Assembly (NCBI GenBank): GCA_016187335.1
Contig: JACPJW010000001.1
Location: forward strand, 160,001-224,000
Origin: Candidatus Aenigmatarchaeota archaeon
GTDB taxonomy: Archaea > Aenigmatarchaeota > Aenigmatarchaeia > GW2011-AR5
Length of the DNA stretch: 64,000 nt
Direction of reading: 5' to 3'
The notes beneath the pieces were generated by a model. It did no database searches and was not told the origin of the DNA. It worked only from the letters and a program-made list of their open reading frames with translations. Position numbers and translations under genes: made by a program. Below, in pieces: positions 1 to 9,844 of this stretch (the stretch's first letter is position 1; the number at the start of each line of letters is the position of its first letter).

Positions 1-1
1 C

Positions 2-394
2 GAGCGCCTTTGCCAGATTTCCGACTTTAATATAGTCCGTCTTGATCTCTTTCACGGCTATGCTTTTTGTTTCCTTACCGGCAAGCTCGGCAGGCAATCC
101 GATATGAACGCGCAGCCTTTTAAAAGAGGCTCTGCCCGACGGCTTCTTGTACTCCATCATGCCCCTGACAGTCCTGCGCACGATCATGTCAGGCTTCTTG
201 GGAAAGAAAGGCCCGTGCTGAGGGCTGCCAATCCTGCGGCGCTTCAAATACTTCCCTACAATCTGCTTGGGGCTGCCTGTTATTATCGCCTGCTCGGAAT
301 TGACAATAACAACGTCCTCGCCCTTCTTCAGCATTTTGGCTATTTCAGACGCCATCCTCCCGAGCACAGCATTGCGCGCGTCAATGATTATCAT
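2..394 (-). CDS. rpl13: 50S ribosomal protein uL13 (3' end outside window)
   Basis: Manual translation MIIIDARNAVLGRMASEIAK...GPFFPKKPDMIVRRTVRGMM matches uL13; not in the ORF track. Confidence 0.95.
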   Translation of the reverse strand, partial: MIIIDARNAVLGRMASEIAKMLKKGEDVVIVNSEQAIITGSPKQIVGKYLKRRRIGSPQHGPFFPKKPDMIVRRTVRGMMEYKKPSGRASFKRLRVHIGLPAELAGKETKSIAVKEIKTDYIKVGNLAKAL

Positions 395-421
395 GGTGAC
401 ACCAAAGCAAGAATACATGAA

Positions 422-553
422 CTAATGAGTATTATCCCATCTATCATAAAGCTCATCTCTATATTTGTAGATTAAACCTTCACTGTTATGACCTTTCTTC
501 AAAAGTTCAAGTGCCTTTTTTATATTTTCATTTTCTTTCGTATCGTCTGTCAT
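422..553 (-). CDS. small hypothetical protein, 43 aa (antitoxin-like C-terminus)
   Basis: Manual ORF MTDDTKENENIKKALELLKKGHNSEGLIYKYRDELYDRWDNTH fills the gap co-directionally in the operon. Confidence 0.5.
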   Translation of the reverse strand: MTDDTKENENIKKALELLKKGHNSEGLIYKYRDELYDRWDNTH

Positions 554-573
554 AATACAACCCTTCCATTCAG

Positions 574-930
574 TCACCCGAAATACTCAGGCTGCTGGGT
601 TATCTGCGACGCAGCCTGCGCAGCCTGCTTTGCCAAAGCCCTTTTTTTCTTGTCGTCGTATTTCTTGTATTCCTTCCATATCGCATCAGCAGTCTTTCCC
701 CTGAGTATTTTCACTATCACGTGCCTTGGCATGTGGCTGCTTTGCGACACGGAAGTGTAGTCAACAAGCACGATGTCGCCTTCCTTGACATCAGCGGCTA
801 TCTTGGCATCAACCGCAAACGTGAAAAGATTTTCGTCCCACATCTCTACAAGGGCCTGCGTCGTCGCGTCGCCCTTCACTTCCCTGTCCTTTGCCGAAAA
901 TATCTTCAATACTCTGCCGGGATGGTACAT
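574..930 (-). CDS. hypothetical protein
   Basis: ORF MYHPGRVLKIF... between rpl18e and rpl13 with host-like codon usage. Confidence 0.75.
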   Translation of the reverse strand: MYHPGRVLKIFSAKDREVKGDATTQALVEMWDENLFTFAVDAKIAADVKEGDIVLVDYTSVSQSSHMPRHVIVKILRGKTADAIWKEYKKYDDKKKRALAKQAAQAASQITQQPEYFG

Positions 931-939
931 GGCAACCAC

Positions 940-1284
940 TCAAACTACAATCCTTCCTTTTGTTTCTTTACCCAAAGCCTCTTTCAGCATCAGGGCTTTT
1001 CCGCCGGCTTTTTCTATCTTTTCCTTTGCTGAAGAAGAATAACCGAGCGCGTAGACATTTATTTTTTTTGTCGCGCTGCCCGATGAAAGAACCTTGCCGG
1101 GCACGAAAACACTGTCATTATCTGAAGCTGCCTTGTTTATCTTGAACAACGTGACGCCTTTTTTCTGCCGGCGCGGCTTTGCCAGATGTTTTGCCAGCTG
1201 CGAATGGAAAGGCGTTTTCTTCGCGCGCAGTTCCGCTATCAGCTTCGCTAGCTCAGGATTCGTCGGGCCTGTCGGTTTTGGCAT
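940..1284 (-). CDS. rpl18e: 50S ribosomal protein eL18
   Basis: MPKPTGPTNPEL...VFVPGKVLSSG. Confidence 0.95.
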   Translation of the reverse strand: MPKPTGPTNPELAKLIAELRAKKTPFHSQLAKHLAKPRRQKKGVTLFKINKAASDNDSVFVPGKVLSSGSATKKINVYALGYSSSAKEKIEKAGGKALMLKEALGKETKGRIVV

Positions 1285-1411
1285 GATAATCACACAAATT
1301 GTTAAAGCGGAAAAGACGGCTCTGCGTTCTTTCGCTTAATGACTTTTATTTGCTTGAGCATTAAAACTTAAAAGCACATGTTTTTGATAGAACTTTTTTT
1401 GAAAAAGTTCT

Positions 1412-1673
1412 GCGGGGGTTCCCGAGAAGCCCTTTTTAGAAAAAAGCGCTTGCGGAAAAACTAAGGAGGGTTAGGGAATGGCCAAAGGGGCAGGACGGTT
1501 GCCGTGAAAATGGTGCCGGGCTTCACTTAAGGCATGGCTTAAGTTTCGAGCTAAGACAGCTTAGCTATGAAAGAAATCCTGTGGCTTAGTGCCTTCGAGA
1601 GTTCGAATGCGCCCTTTCTTGGAAAGAAAGCGTGCACGGAAAGAAACGGGTGCCGAAAATCTCTTCCCCCGCA
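1412..1673 (+). tRNA. tRNA-Leu(UAA) with four BHB introns (1427-1478, 1495-1524, 1532-1575, 1608-1659)
   Basis: Exons assemble to GCGGGGG TT CCCG AGTGGCCAA AGGG G CAGGA CTTAAGA TCCTG [long variable arm] GAGAG TTCGAAT CTCTT CCCCCGC A. Each intron has a BHB. No encoded CCA; T-tract follows. Confidence 0.9.
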
Positions 1674-1737
1674 TTTTTCTGCCTTGTAGAAAGCTTTAAA
1701 TTTCTATAATGCATCCTTACTTTAAAGTAGTGAATGT

Positions 1738-2637
1738 ATGACTCTAATTTCATTCTTAAGAGCAGGACCTGGAGTTGGTGTGGGACACTCTGATCGCCAG
1801 CTATTGTACACCTCGCGTGCTAGGCCTTCGGAAACTTATCAGGCAAAGGAAAGAAAAGTCATAATGCTAGGCAGTGAGCATTGTGTTGGATACGCAACCG
1901 GAATTGACGTAGGATACGCCCGGAAAATAGTTCATTCGGCAAAACGTGCTGTGGAGTCTCGTTTGCGGGACGGACCTGTCACCTTCAAGGAAGTGCGGGG
2001 TATGGTGACAAAGGCGTATGATGAGGTTCGTTCCGGGAAAGTTCCTAAGAATTTTGATGTGGATCTTATTATTGCAGGTCTTGATGAAGACCCTCCAAAT
2101 TTTGTTACTCATGAAACCAGTTTTATATCTCCCAGACCTCCGCCCAGGGATTTTAGCATAGTAACTTATGACAAAAGCGGAGAGCTAGTTTATCACACGT
2201 ATACAGCTTCAATAGGCTCCGCATCCGACACAGCTGACAGATTTATCAATGAGTTCCTGGAAACCGTGAACCCAAGGCAGCCTTATCTCGGGCTTGTAAG
2301 ATGCGCCCAAGTAGTGATGGAAGCGCACAGAATAGCCGAGAAAAGACATAGGGGAAGCGTAGGAGAAAGAGATCAGTTGGTATGGATAAACGATAATCCA
2401 ACATTTCAAGAAACAAGCGAGAAAGAAACGTCCTTACTCGGTAGCAGCCTGCGCTTGAAGGCACAAGGCCTGCTGACTGGTGAAGTGGTTAATGAGGTCT
2501 TTAAAGTAATTTTGAATCGTGATAATTCCGAAAGGGATGCAGCTACCAGAGTAAGAGATAAGTTAAGAGAAATTCTTTTATCGGATAGTGACGGTGCAAG
2601 ACGTCTCCTCGATTACGTTCTTTTTGGAAGAAATTAA
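1738..2637 (+). CDS. divergent Ntn-hydrolase / proteasome-beta-like protein
   Basis: N-terminal M-T, DRQ, LIIAGLD and ASIGSAS segments resemble proteasome beta/HslV motifs; AT-rich, own TATA box. Confidence 0.55.
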   Translation: MTLISFLRAGPGVGVGHSDRQLLYTSRARPSETYQAKERKVIMLGSEHCVGYATGIDVGYARKIVHSAKRAVESRLRDGPVTFKEVRGMVTKAYDEVRSGKVPKNFDVDLIIAGLDEDPPNFVTHETSFISPRPPPRDFSIVTYDKSGELVYHTYTASIGSASDTADRFINEFLETVNPRQPYLGLVRCAQVVMEAHRIAEKRHRGSVGERDQLVWINDNPTFQETSEKETSLLGSSLRLKAQGLLTGEVVNEVFKVILNRDNSERDAATRVRDKLREILLSDSDGARRLLDYVLFGRN

Positions 2638-2670
2638 TATGTTCTTACGGCCTTTGTAAATAACCGTTGC

Positions 2671-3333
2671 TTACTTCACCGCTTTCTTCAGCTCAGAAGA
2701 AAATTCCTCGGCGCGCCTTTCAAGTTCATTCAATGCTATCTCGACAATTTCCGCAGCCTTCAGGCCGGATACGCTCTCGACTTCAAAAACAAACTCCTCT
2801 TCGCGGAACTTCACGTCGTCTCCCTGCGGGTCCTCGGGCCTGCCGGCAACGGGGTTCTTGTATCCCACAACAGCTGCCTGCCATTTGGCGTGCTCCTTGC
2901 CGAAGCCCAGCTGCGCTATGGCTTCGAATTTCAGCCTTTGGTTCTCATAGAGTTCCACTATAGGTATTTCCGGGTCAGCCGGCTGCACGCTGTCGTCGCT
3001 GCTCTTGATGTCGGAAGCCTTCACCATGCACGGCCCTGTCTTTTCCAGTACAAGCGTAACTTCACAGGAAGAGCAGCCTTTGCCGCCGCACTTGCATTCG
3101 TCCTTTGTCCTGTATATCTTCCTGCTGTAGGTGAGCGGTATCAGACCCACGCGGTGCGCAATTATCTCGTCAAAAAGACCCGAGCCGTTTTCCTCAAAAT
3201 CAACGTTCTCAACAGCCATGGTCGGCACTTCGTTGACCATGACGCGCCGCAATGCATTCGCAAAGCCCGCGTCGCTGTCTTCCAGAGCGAAGGATAATTT
3301 CTTTTCAGATTTTTCCAAAATTCGGAGTTTCAT
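2671..3333 (-). CDS. rpoD: RNA polymerase subunit D (Rpo3)
   Basis: FANALRRVMVNEVPTMAVE, EIIAHRVGLIPL, Cys cluster, GFGKEHAKWQ. Confidence 0.97.
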   Translation of the reverse strand: MKLRILEKSEKKLSFALEDSDAGFANALRRVMVNEVPTMAVENVDFEENGSGLFDEIIAHRVGLIPLTYSRKIYRTKDECKCGGKGCSSCEVTLVLEKTGPCMVKASDIKSSDDSVQPADPEIPIVELYENQRLKFEAIAQLGFGKEHAKWQAAVVGYKNPVAGRPEDPQGDDVKFREEEFVFEVESVSGLKAAEIVEIALNELERRAEEFSSELKKAVK

Positions 3334-3466
3334 GACAAATACACCATTAATGCAACAAAGAAATTCATCAGAAGTTTTAAATACTAGAATTTCCCCTTAA
3401 AGGAAAATTCTGTCTTTCAAACCATATCTTTATGGTTTTTAAATAGCAAATTTATTAAGGTTTTCT

Positions 3467-4651
3467 ATGTCCTTAGAGCGGAACATCCGTTTAATGTATA
3501 TCATAAATTTCCTGAAAAACCTCACTTTCTTCGGCGCTATCAGCATTCCTTTTTTCCTCGGATGGGGAGGACTGAACTATACCCAGATATTCCTGCTGCA
3601 GGCATGGTTCATGTTCTGGATGTTTTTCTTTGAAATCCCTACAGGCCTTGTTGCCGACAAGTTGGGCAGGAAGACTTCGATTATCCTTTCAGGCATACTG
3701 ACATCTCTAGGATTTCTGATCTATGGTAGCATACGCGATTTCCGCTTTTTTCTTCTGGCAGAATTTCTCATAGCAATAGGGTTTACCCTTATCTCCGGCG
3801 CTGACAGCGCACTGATTTACGACACGCTGAAGCAAAAGAAAAAATCAGGGGAATCAAAGAAGATTTTCGCAAATTACCAGATAGCAGGCACTTTGGGCAT
3901 TATCATAGCCTTTCCCGCCGGCTCATTGATTGCAGGAACTGTTAACATACCTTATCCCGACAACCTTGCCTTTGTCATGTTGCTTACCGCATTCCCTCTA
4001 TTTACATACGCCATTATTTCATTTTTGCTGGAAGAGCCTAAAAGAACCAGACCATCGGAAACTTATTTTGAAACGGCAAAGAACGGCCTGAAGTATCTTG
4101 CAAAGCATAAGCACCTGCGTCCGCTCGCCCTGAACTTCGTGCTCATATCAACGACGCTTTTCTTCATGTACTGGTTTTACCAGCCTTTGCTCGGCTCAGC
4201 GGGCGTTGACATAACATACTACGGATTCGTCGCGGCAGCTTACAATATCCTCGCTGTTCTGCTCATAAGCAAGACCGCCTTGTGGGAGAAAATCTTCGGC
4301 ACCAGAAATGTTCTTTACATAACCGCCTTCGTGCCGGGCATACTTTACATAATTCTGGGTTTCACGAAAATGTTTTTCATCACTATTCTCGGGATACTTC
4401 TAATAACGTCTCTCAGAGGGTTGAGAGAGCCGTTGTTCAGCCATTACATGAATTACTACATAAAATCCAATGACCGCGCCACGGTGCTATCTTCGATAAA
4501 CATGCTGCAAAGATTGCTTACCATGGTTCTTTACGTGCCCATAGGAATGTTGACGGATATTTCCCTGAATTACACCCTGATTTTCCTTGGTTTGCTTACC
4601 TTGGTGTTCGGTTTCCTTTCTCGCGTAGAAGAAGAATCGTTGAAAGAATAA
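3467..4651 (+). CDS. MFS transporter
   Basis: About 12 TM segments; EIPTGLVADKLGRK (MFS motif A); RATVLS. Confidence 0.9.
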   Translation: MSLERNIRLMYIINFLKNLTFFGAISIPFFLGWGGLNYTQIFLLQAWFMFWMFFFEIPTGLVADKLGRKTSIILSGILTSLGFLIYGSIRDFRFFLLAEFLIAIGFTLISGADSALIYDTLKQKKKSGESKKIFANYQIAGTLGIIIAFPAGSLIAGTVNIPYPDNLAFVMLLTAFPLFTYAIISFLLEEPKRTRPSETYFETAKNGLKYLAKHKHLRPLALNFVLISTTLFFMYWFYQPLLGSAGVDITYYGFVAAAYNILAVLLISKTALWEKIFGTRNVLYITAFVPGILYIILGFTKMFFITILGILLITSLRGLREPLFSHYMNYYIKSNDRATVLSSINMLQRLLTMVLYVPIGMLTDISLNYTLIFLGLLTLVFGFLSRVEEESLKE

Positions 4652-4655
4652 ATTC

Positions 4656-5045
4656 TCACACGCGCCTTCCGCGCCGCCCACCTTTTTTCCTGCAGCTGTC
4701 GTGGGAAATGGGCGTGACGTCCTCTATTGAGCCGATGCGGAAGCCTGCCCTTGCAAGCGAGCGGATAGCAGGCTGCGCCCCCTGGCCGGGTATCTTTGAC
4801 TTGATGCCCCCGGGCGCTCGTATTTTTATATGCAAACCCGTGATGCCGAAAGCCAGCGCCTTGTCAGCAGCCTTCCTTGCCGCCCTCATGGCGGTGAACG
4901 GCTTGCCCTTGTTCATGTCCTTGTCCGAGACCATGCCGCCGCTGGCAAAAGCAATCGTCTCGGCTCCTGTAACGTCAGTTACGTGTATGATAGTGTTGTT
5001 TAATGACGAGTATACATGCGCTATTCCCCATTTTTCTCTGCTCAT
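4656..5045 (-). CDS. rps11: 30S ribosomal protein uS11
   Basis: [19 protein letters not shown]...[10 protein letters not shown]. Confidence 0.97.
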   Translation of the reverse strand: MSREKWGIAHVYSSLNNTIIHVTDVTGAETIAFASGGMVSDKDMNKGKPFTAMRAARKAADKALAFGITGLHIKIRAPGGIKSKIPGQGAQPAIRSLARAGFRIGSIEDVTPISHDSCRKKGGRRGRRV

Positions 5046-5099
5046 TCTCAATCACTTTGTCAAAATTTATCAAGACGGAAACGAAAGTCGGGTTTTGCA

Positions 5100-5630
5100 T
5101 CAGGTTTTCCGGATTGCTCCTGCCTTTTCCCTTTTCGTCTGTTTTGCGGATTCGGCAACCATGTCCGTCCTTATCTTCGGGCTTATTTTTATCTTGCCTT
5201 CCTCTTCGCTGGGAACGATGTACCCGGGCCATAAAATCTTCCTGTCGTCAATGTAAACATGGCCGTGCACTATGAGCTGCCTTGAGTGTCGCGGCGAATT
5301 TGCCACGCCTTTTTTGTAAACTATTGTCTGCAGCCTTCTTGACAGGATGTGGTCAAGGTTTATGCCGAGGACGTCGTCAACGCTGCCGACCCTGATGCCT
5401 AATTTGTTCAGCTTTCCCAGAAGCTCCTTTTCCATCTTTTCGTTGCGCTCCGCCTGAAGTTCCCTCGCTCTTCTGCGGAAATTTCTCAGCACGCTCTCGG
5501 TGCGCCATATCTCCTTTTTCCTGCGCAGCCCGTATTCCTGCAGAATCTTCCTTTCCCGTTCAATGCGGCGCTTGTCGTAAGGCCTCTTCGGCGTCTCGTA
5601 TTTCTTCCTTTGCTTTTTCGGGTGGCCCAT
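5100..5630 (-). CDS. rps4: 30S ribosomal protein uS4
   Basis: MGHPKKQRKKYETP...YGLRRKKEIW...RRLQTIV. Confidence 0.97.
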   Translation of the reverse strand: MGHPKKQRKKYETPKRPYDKRRIERERKILQEYGLRRKKEIWRTESVLRNFRRRARELQAERNEKMEKELLGKLNKLGIRVGSVDDVLGINLDHILSRRLQTIVYKKGVANSPRHSRQLIVHGHVYIDDRKILWPGYIVPSEEEGKIKISPKIRTDMVAESAKQTKREKAGAIRKT

Positions 5631-5741
5631 TTTTATCACTTGTCAAGATGGATGGATAATTCTTCGTTCAATTTTCTCATTAGCTTATTTTAATCGAACA
5701 ATCTCGTTCCCTTTTTGATCAAACTTTTTTGAAAAGTTTGG

Positions 5742-6266
5742 TTATTTCTTCTCCGCCGGCTTTGCCGCTGCCGGTGCGGGCTTTGCTGGCGCTGCTGCTG
5801 CGGGCTTTGCCGCGGCAACTATCTTCTTTTTCGCGACGCCCACGGTTTTCTGCGTCCTGAATGAAGACCTTGTCCTCTGGCCCCTGACAGGCAGGCCAAA
5901 CTCATGCCTTACGCCCCTGTAGGCTCTCATCTTTTTGAGGAAGTTTATGTCCTCGCGTTTTTTCAAATCAAGCTCCGAAGCAACTGAATGCATGTCCTTT
6001 CCCGTGTCCATATCCTTCCGGCGGTTGAGCAGCCACGAAGCGAATCCGGGCGCCCTGATTGTCGATTCTATTTTTTTCAGCTCTTCGCTGCTCAGTTCGG
6101 CCAGTTTCTTCCTTTTGTCTATCCCTGCTGACGTGCACACGGCGCTGGCGAACATAAAGCTTACGCCCTTTATCCTGCGCAGGCCCCGCATCAGCTGCGT
6201 GGAGCCGTCTATGTCAGTCGCCATTATCCTGACAATCTTCCTTGTTTCAGTTGCCGGAGCTGCCAT
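5742..6266 (-). CDS. rps13: 30S ribosomal protein uS13
   Basis: IVRIMATDIDG...YRGVRHEFGLPVRGQRTRS; Ala/Pro/Lys tail. Confidence 0.97.
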   Translation of the reverse strand: MAAPATETRKIVRIMATDIDGSTQLMRGLRRIKGVSFMFASAVCTSAGIDKRKKLAELSSEELKKIESTIRAPGFASWLLNRRKDMDTGKDMHSVASELDLKKREDINFLKKMRAYRGVRHEFGLPVRGQRTRSSFRTQKTVGVAKKKIVAAAKPAAAAPAKPAPAAAKPAEKK

Positions 6267-6392
6267 AATTATTGCAAAGATTAAGTTCGTCCAATAAATA
6301 TTAAAGCGTATCAAGGCGGAAAGGATGCCGAATCTGGGCTCTCCGTATTTTCCGATTTAATGTATTTTTATTTTTCCATATCAATTATTATC

Positions 6393-6842
6393 ATGCTTGT
6401 AAAGGAAATAATGTCCAGAAAGCCTGTCACGCTGCATTCCCGGGATACGCTGGAGAAAACTGTAAGGGTGTTTGCAAAGCACAGGATATCAGGGTGCCCT
6501 GTTGTTGACAGCAGGAAGCATGTTGTAGGCATCATAGCGAACACCGACGTGCTGCGTGTTATTGACGCGCAGGGCAGGATACTGAAAGAAAACGAGGATC
6601 TGCTTTCCGTCGTTTTAGGCTTTCTGAAAGGCGACGCGAAAACGGCGCTGAAAAAAATACTGAAAAGCCCTGTCAGGAAACACATGGTCCGGGATGTGGT
6701 TGTCGTTGCGCCTGAGGACGACATCGCCAACGCCGTCTCAATGATGAACCAGCGCGATATCGAGCGGCTGCCCGTCGTCAGCAAGGGCAGGCTCGTCGGC
6801 ATAATCTCGCGCAAGGACGTAATGCGCTTTCTGGAGAAGTAG
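6393..6842 (+). CDS. CBS-domain protein
   Basis: Two CBS repeats (ISGCPVVD; IERLPVV...LVGIISRKD). Confidence 0.9.
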   Translation: MLVKEIMSRKPVTLHSRDTLEKTVRVFAKHRISGCPVVDSRKHVVGIIANTDVLRVIDAQGRILKENEDLLSVVLGFLKGDAKTALKKILKSPVRKHMVRDVVVVAPEDDIANAVSMMNQRDIERLPVVSKGRLVGIISRKDVMRFLEK

Positions 6843-6947
6843 GCGGAATTTTAATATACAGCCCAAGAGCATAAAAACGTATTACTATCCGCTACCTGAA
6901 GAGCGGCGGAATTCGGATTTAAAAAAGTATCTCTTAAACTATTTTGT

Positions 6948-8063
6948 ATGAAAAATAATGCTATAGTGCTCTTGGGGTTAGCATTGTTTGTTTCAGGGTG
7001 TATCGGACAGTCAGATATAACACCTGTTATAAAAGCCTTGCCAGAAGTCCAGCAGTTTCTTGCCCAGAATCCAGATGCGGATATTAGGGCATTTTTGGTA
7101 CCATCCAAGACAATGAACCAGACAATTAGTAGCGTAGAAGCGGAGTGCGGCCAGATGGATATAAAGGACTATTGGAAAGTTCTGATAACGAAGAAAAATG
7201 TAAACCTTACAGTATGGGTCGATTCAGAAACAAGAAATCCTGTATGCATAATAAAACCGGGCATAGTGACAAACCAGACAGAAATTCCACCAAAGGTAGA
7301 TTTGTCATCAAAGATCATACGCATAGACGGCGCGTCTGACAATCAGATAGCCGTAAGAAACATCGGCTCGGTTAGCATAGATAGTTCGGATCTGGCTGTG
7401 TTCCTAGACGGGAAATTGCAAACATGTTCATGGACATCTAATTCTGTAGAATCAGGGAGTATAATCGTATGTACGATGCCTTCTTCGTGTAAAGGCACTG
7501 TGGTTAAAGTAACAGCACCCGGGAATGCTGATACTGCTTATTGTTTTACACTCATCGAGCTTGGTAGAAATCAACCAATTCCTGCGGAACCCGCGCCTGA
7601 ACCAATTCCTGCGGAACCGCCTCAGCCAGTCCCTCCTCCGCAGCCAATTCAGCCATCTCCTCCGCCTTCAGGCAATGAAACAAACAGTAGCCAGCCCGGG
7701 GTCAATGAAACAAACAATATCAAACCCGGGGTCAATGAAACAAACAACCAGTCACTGATCAATGAAACAAACAACCAGCCAAGAAATGTCACATTCTCCT
7801 GCCAGATAAGCGGCAATCTCAGTGCCATGGTTACAGGGACACAAGGAGGAGTTGTGTGCAGTCCCTCAATATCAAACCGGAATGTCAGCCTGTCACCCGG
7901 CAATCATTCGGTGTACATCGCATGTTCTGGCGCTGGTAGATGTTCTCATGTCATTTGCATAAAAGGAGCAAGTTTTCCCTATGAAACGAGCAGCAACGGG
8001 AGGTGCACGGACGGCCAGTTGTCGCCTGGAGATTCGACCACTGCGCCGTTCAGAATCGGCTGA
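6948..8063 (+). CDS. secreted/lipid-anchored surface protein with Pro-rich and NET-repeat linker
   Basis: Signal peptide with VSGC lipobox-like motif; Ig-like Cys domain; PIPAEP x2; NETN x4. Confidence 0.75.
   Translation: MKNNAIVLLGLALFVSGCIGQSDITPVIKALPEVQQFLAQNPDADIRAFLVPSKTMNQTISSVEAECGQMDIKDYWKVLITKKNVNLTVWVDSETRNPVCIIKPGIVTNQTEIPPKVDLSSKIIRIDGASDNQIAVRNIGSVSIDSSDLAVFLDGKLQTCSWTSNSVESGSIIVCTMPSSCKGTVVKVTAPGNADTAYCFTLIELGRNQPIPAEPAPEPIPAEPPQPVPPPQPIQPSPPPSGNETNSSQPGVNETNNIKPGVNETNNQSLINETNNQPRNVTFSCQISGNLSAMVTGTQGGVVCSPSISNRNVSLSPGNHSVYIACSGAGRCSHVICIKGASFPYETSSNGRCTDGQLSPGDSTTAPFRIG
7673..7773 (+). repeat. coding tandem repeat CAATGAAACAAACA x4 (period 30/30/27 nt)
   Basis: Copies at 7673, 7703, 7733 and 7760; encodes N-E-T sequons. 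Confidence 0.85.
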
Positions 8064-8126
8064 AAGCTCTATAGTGGTGTTATTGATAAACGAATTTTAT
8101 ATACAGCCGCGACGCATAATTAATGC

Positions 8127-8780
8127 ATGAGGCGCTGGGCGGTTTTTGCGGTCATACTGCTGTTTCTGATGGGCTATGCTGTTTTGTCATTTGGCGCTGT
8201 GGCAATCGGAAACCAGGATTTCGGCGGGGCCGCTCCCGAGCCGGAAAAAGGCGCCCAGGGCGAGGGCTCCCGCGTCGGAGAGGAGGAATACGACCGCCCG
8301 CCGCCAAGCCTTGAAATTTTCCATATTCCTGCGGATCCTACGGATGCTGATACCATTAACATAACGGCGCAAGTCATTGCATCCGTCAGCCTCGAGAAGG
8401 AGTGCATCCCTAGCACCGGCATCCTGAGCCTGTTCTTCGGCGGCTGCACCGAAACAGGCAACTGGATAGAGCGCACGCCTAACTGGCGCCCGCGTGGAAT
8501 AAAGATATTCATTAATGGCGAGGAGCGGAAGGGATGCGGCTTTGACGTGAATGCAATGTTCCGCTACTGCAAGAAGGGATCTGCTGATTTTGACAGTTGC
8601 GTTTCTTACAAGCCCGACAAGAGGGTTGTTGCGTTGTGCAGCTACCTGCAGAAATTCAACGCGGGCACGAATGTCACTTACTCCGCAATAACGTACATAA
8701 CACCGCCAAAAACCGCTGAGGAGCAGGCAAAGCAGGCGGAAGAGGAAAGGGAAAGAGGTGGAGGCGGACCGGACAGATAA
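8127..8780 (+). CDS. secreted Cys-rich hypothetical protein
   Basis: N-terminal signal peptide, several Cys. Confidence 0.7.
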   Translation: MRRWAVFAVILLFLMGYAVLSFGAVAIGNQDFGGAAPEPEKGAQGEGSRVGEEEYDRPPPSLEIFHIPADPTDADTINITAQVIASVSLEKECIPSTGILSLFFGGCTETGNWIERTPNWRPRGIKIFINGEERKGCGFDVNAMFRYCKKGSADFDSCVSYKPDKRVVALCSYLQKFNAGTNVTYSAITYITPPKTAEEQAKQAEEERERGGGGPDR

Positions 8781-8796
8781 GAAATGAGGTTGTATA

Positions 8797-9783
8797 ATGA
8801 AAAAGGAAATTTTGGTTTTTGCTGTTGTTGTCATATTCCTGATGAGCTACGCTGCTTTCTCAGCAAACATGGAAGGGACATCTTTAGACGCGCATGCCGG
8901 TCCTGATTACCGCGGACAGGAAGGTGTTGACAACAGGCCGGCAGAAACGGGTGGCACGCCCGGCGTTGTGAAATCCGGAACGAAAAGTTTTGTCGTGAAG
9001 AAATACACGGGTCCGGCAGCGCCGGAAACCGCCACGAAAACGAACCTTGATTTCCCTGCGCCGGAGAATATCTCTTCAGCCGAGCAGCAGCCCAAAGCGG
9101 AGGAGAAGCAGAAAACTCCCGAGAAAACCGCTGAGACTCCAAAAGATGCTGAGCAGCAACCTATAGCGCAGCCAAAAGGTGGTCTTTGCGGCGACTGCGA
9201 CACCCAGACAAAAACGGGCCTGAGTTTCCGGATCAGCGGCGATGTGAACGTGCTCACCATGGCTGTGTGCGCCGGCAGCGCCAGCGAAAAGGAATGCAGG
9301 GAAGCGCCTGCGTGCGGCATCGACAAGCCGTGCATATGCGAGTCTTTTTTGAAGAACATCTGCGAAGTGAGATGCTTCAACACGAAAGGAAAATACTACG
9401 TCACTGTAGACGGCTTCCGCGGGCTCTTTGATTCCGTCGATGAAAAGGATCCTGCTGAAGGCGGCTATGACTACGAATGCCCGGCAGTGAGCACGGAATC
9501 GCTTGCAAAAACAAGGGAGAACCTGCTGCAGCTGCAGGGAAAGATAAGCGGCATCGCGGCAAAGGTTGACCTCATCGTCAAAAACGCGCCTGACAACGAC
9601 ACGACAGCGGCGTTCCAGAAATACTCGGACACGCTGAAAAAAATATCGGACATGATTGACGCCAGGATAAAATCCATCGACGCCGTCCTTGCAAGCCCGA
9701 CGGAGGAAGGAATACAGCAAAACCAGGCAGAGGCGGATGGCCTGAAAAAGGACATTGCTGACATGCTGAAAACGCTGCAATAA
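8797..9783 (+). CDS. secreted Cys-rich protein with C-terminal helical region
   Basis: Signal peptide; CGDC...C cluster; coiled-coil-like C-terminus. Confidence 0.7.
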   Translation: MKKEILVFAVVVIFLMSYAAFSANMEGTSLDAHAGPDYRGQEGVDNRPAETGGTPGVVKSGTKSFVVKKYTGPAAPETATKTNLDFPAPENISSAEQQPKAEEKQKTPEKTAETPKDAEQQPIAQPKGGLCGDCDTQTKTGLSFRISGDVNVLTMAVCAGSASEKECREAPACGIDKPCICESFLKNICEVRCFNTKGKYYVTVDGFRGLFDSVDEKDPAEGGYDYECPAVSTESLAKTRENLLQLQGKISGIAAKVDLIVKNAPDNDTTAAFQKYSDTLKKISDMIDARIKSIDAVLASPTEEGIQQNQAEADGLKKDIADMLKTLQ

Positions 9784-9844
9784 TCAAGGCGGAAGTGAAC
9801 ATGGCATTGAAAATGGACCAGAAGAATACACATTACATTACGCT

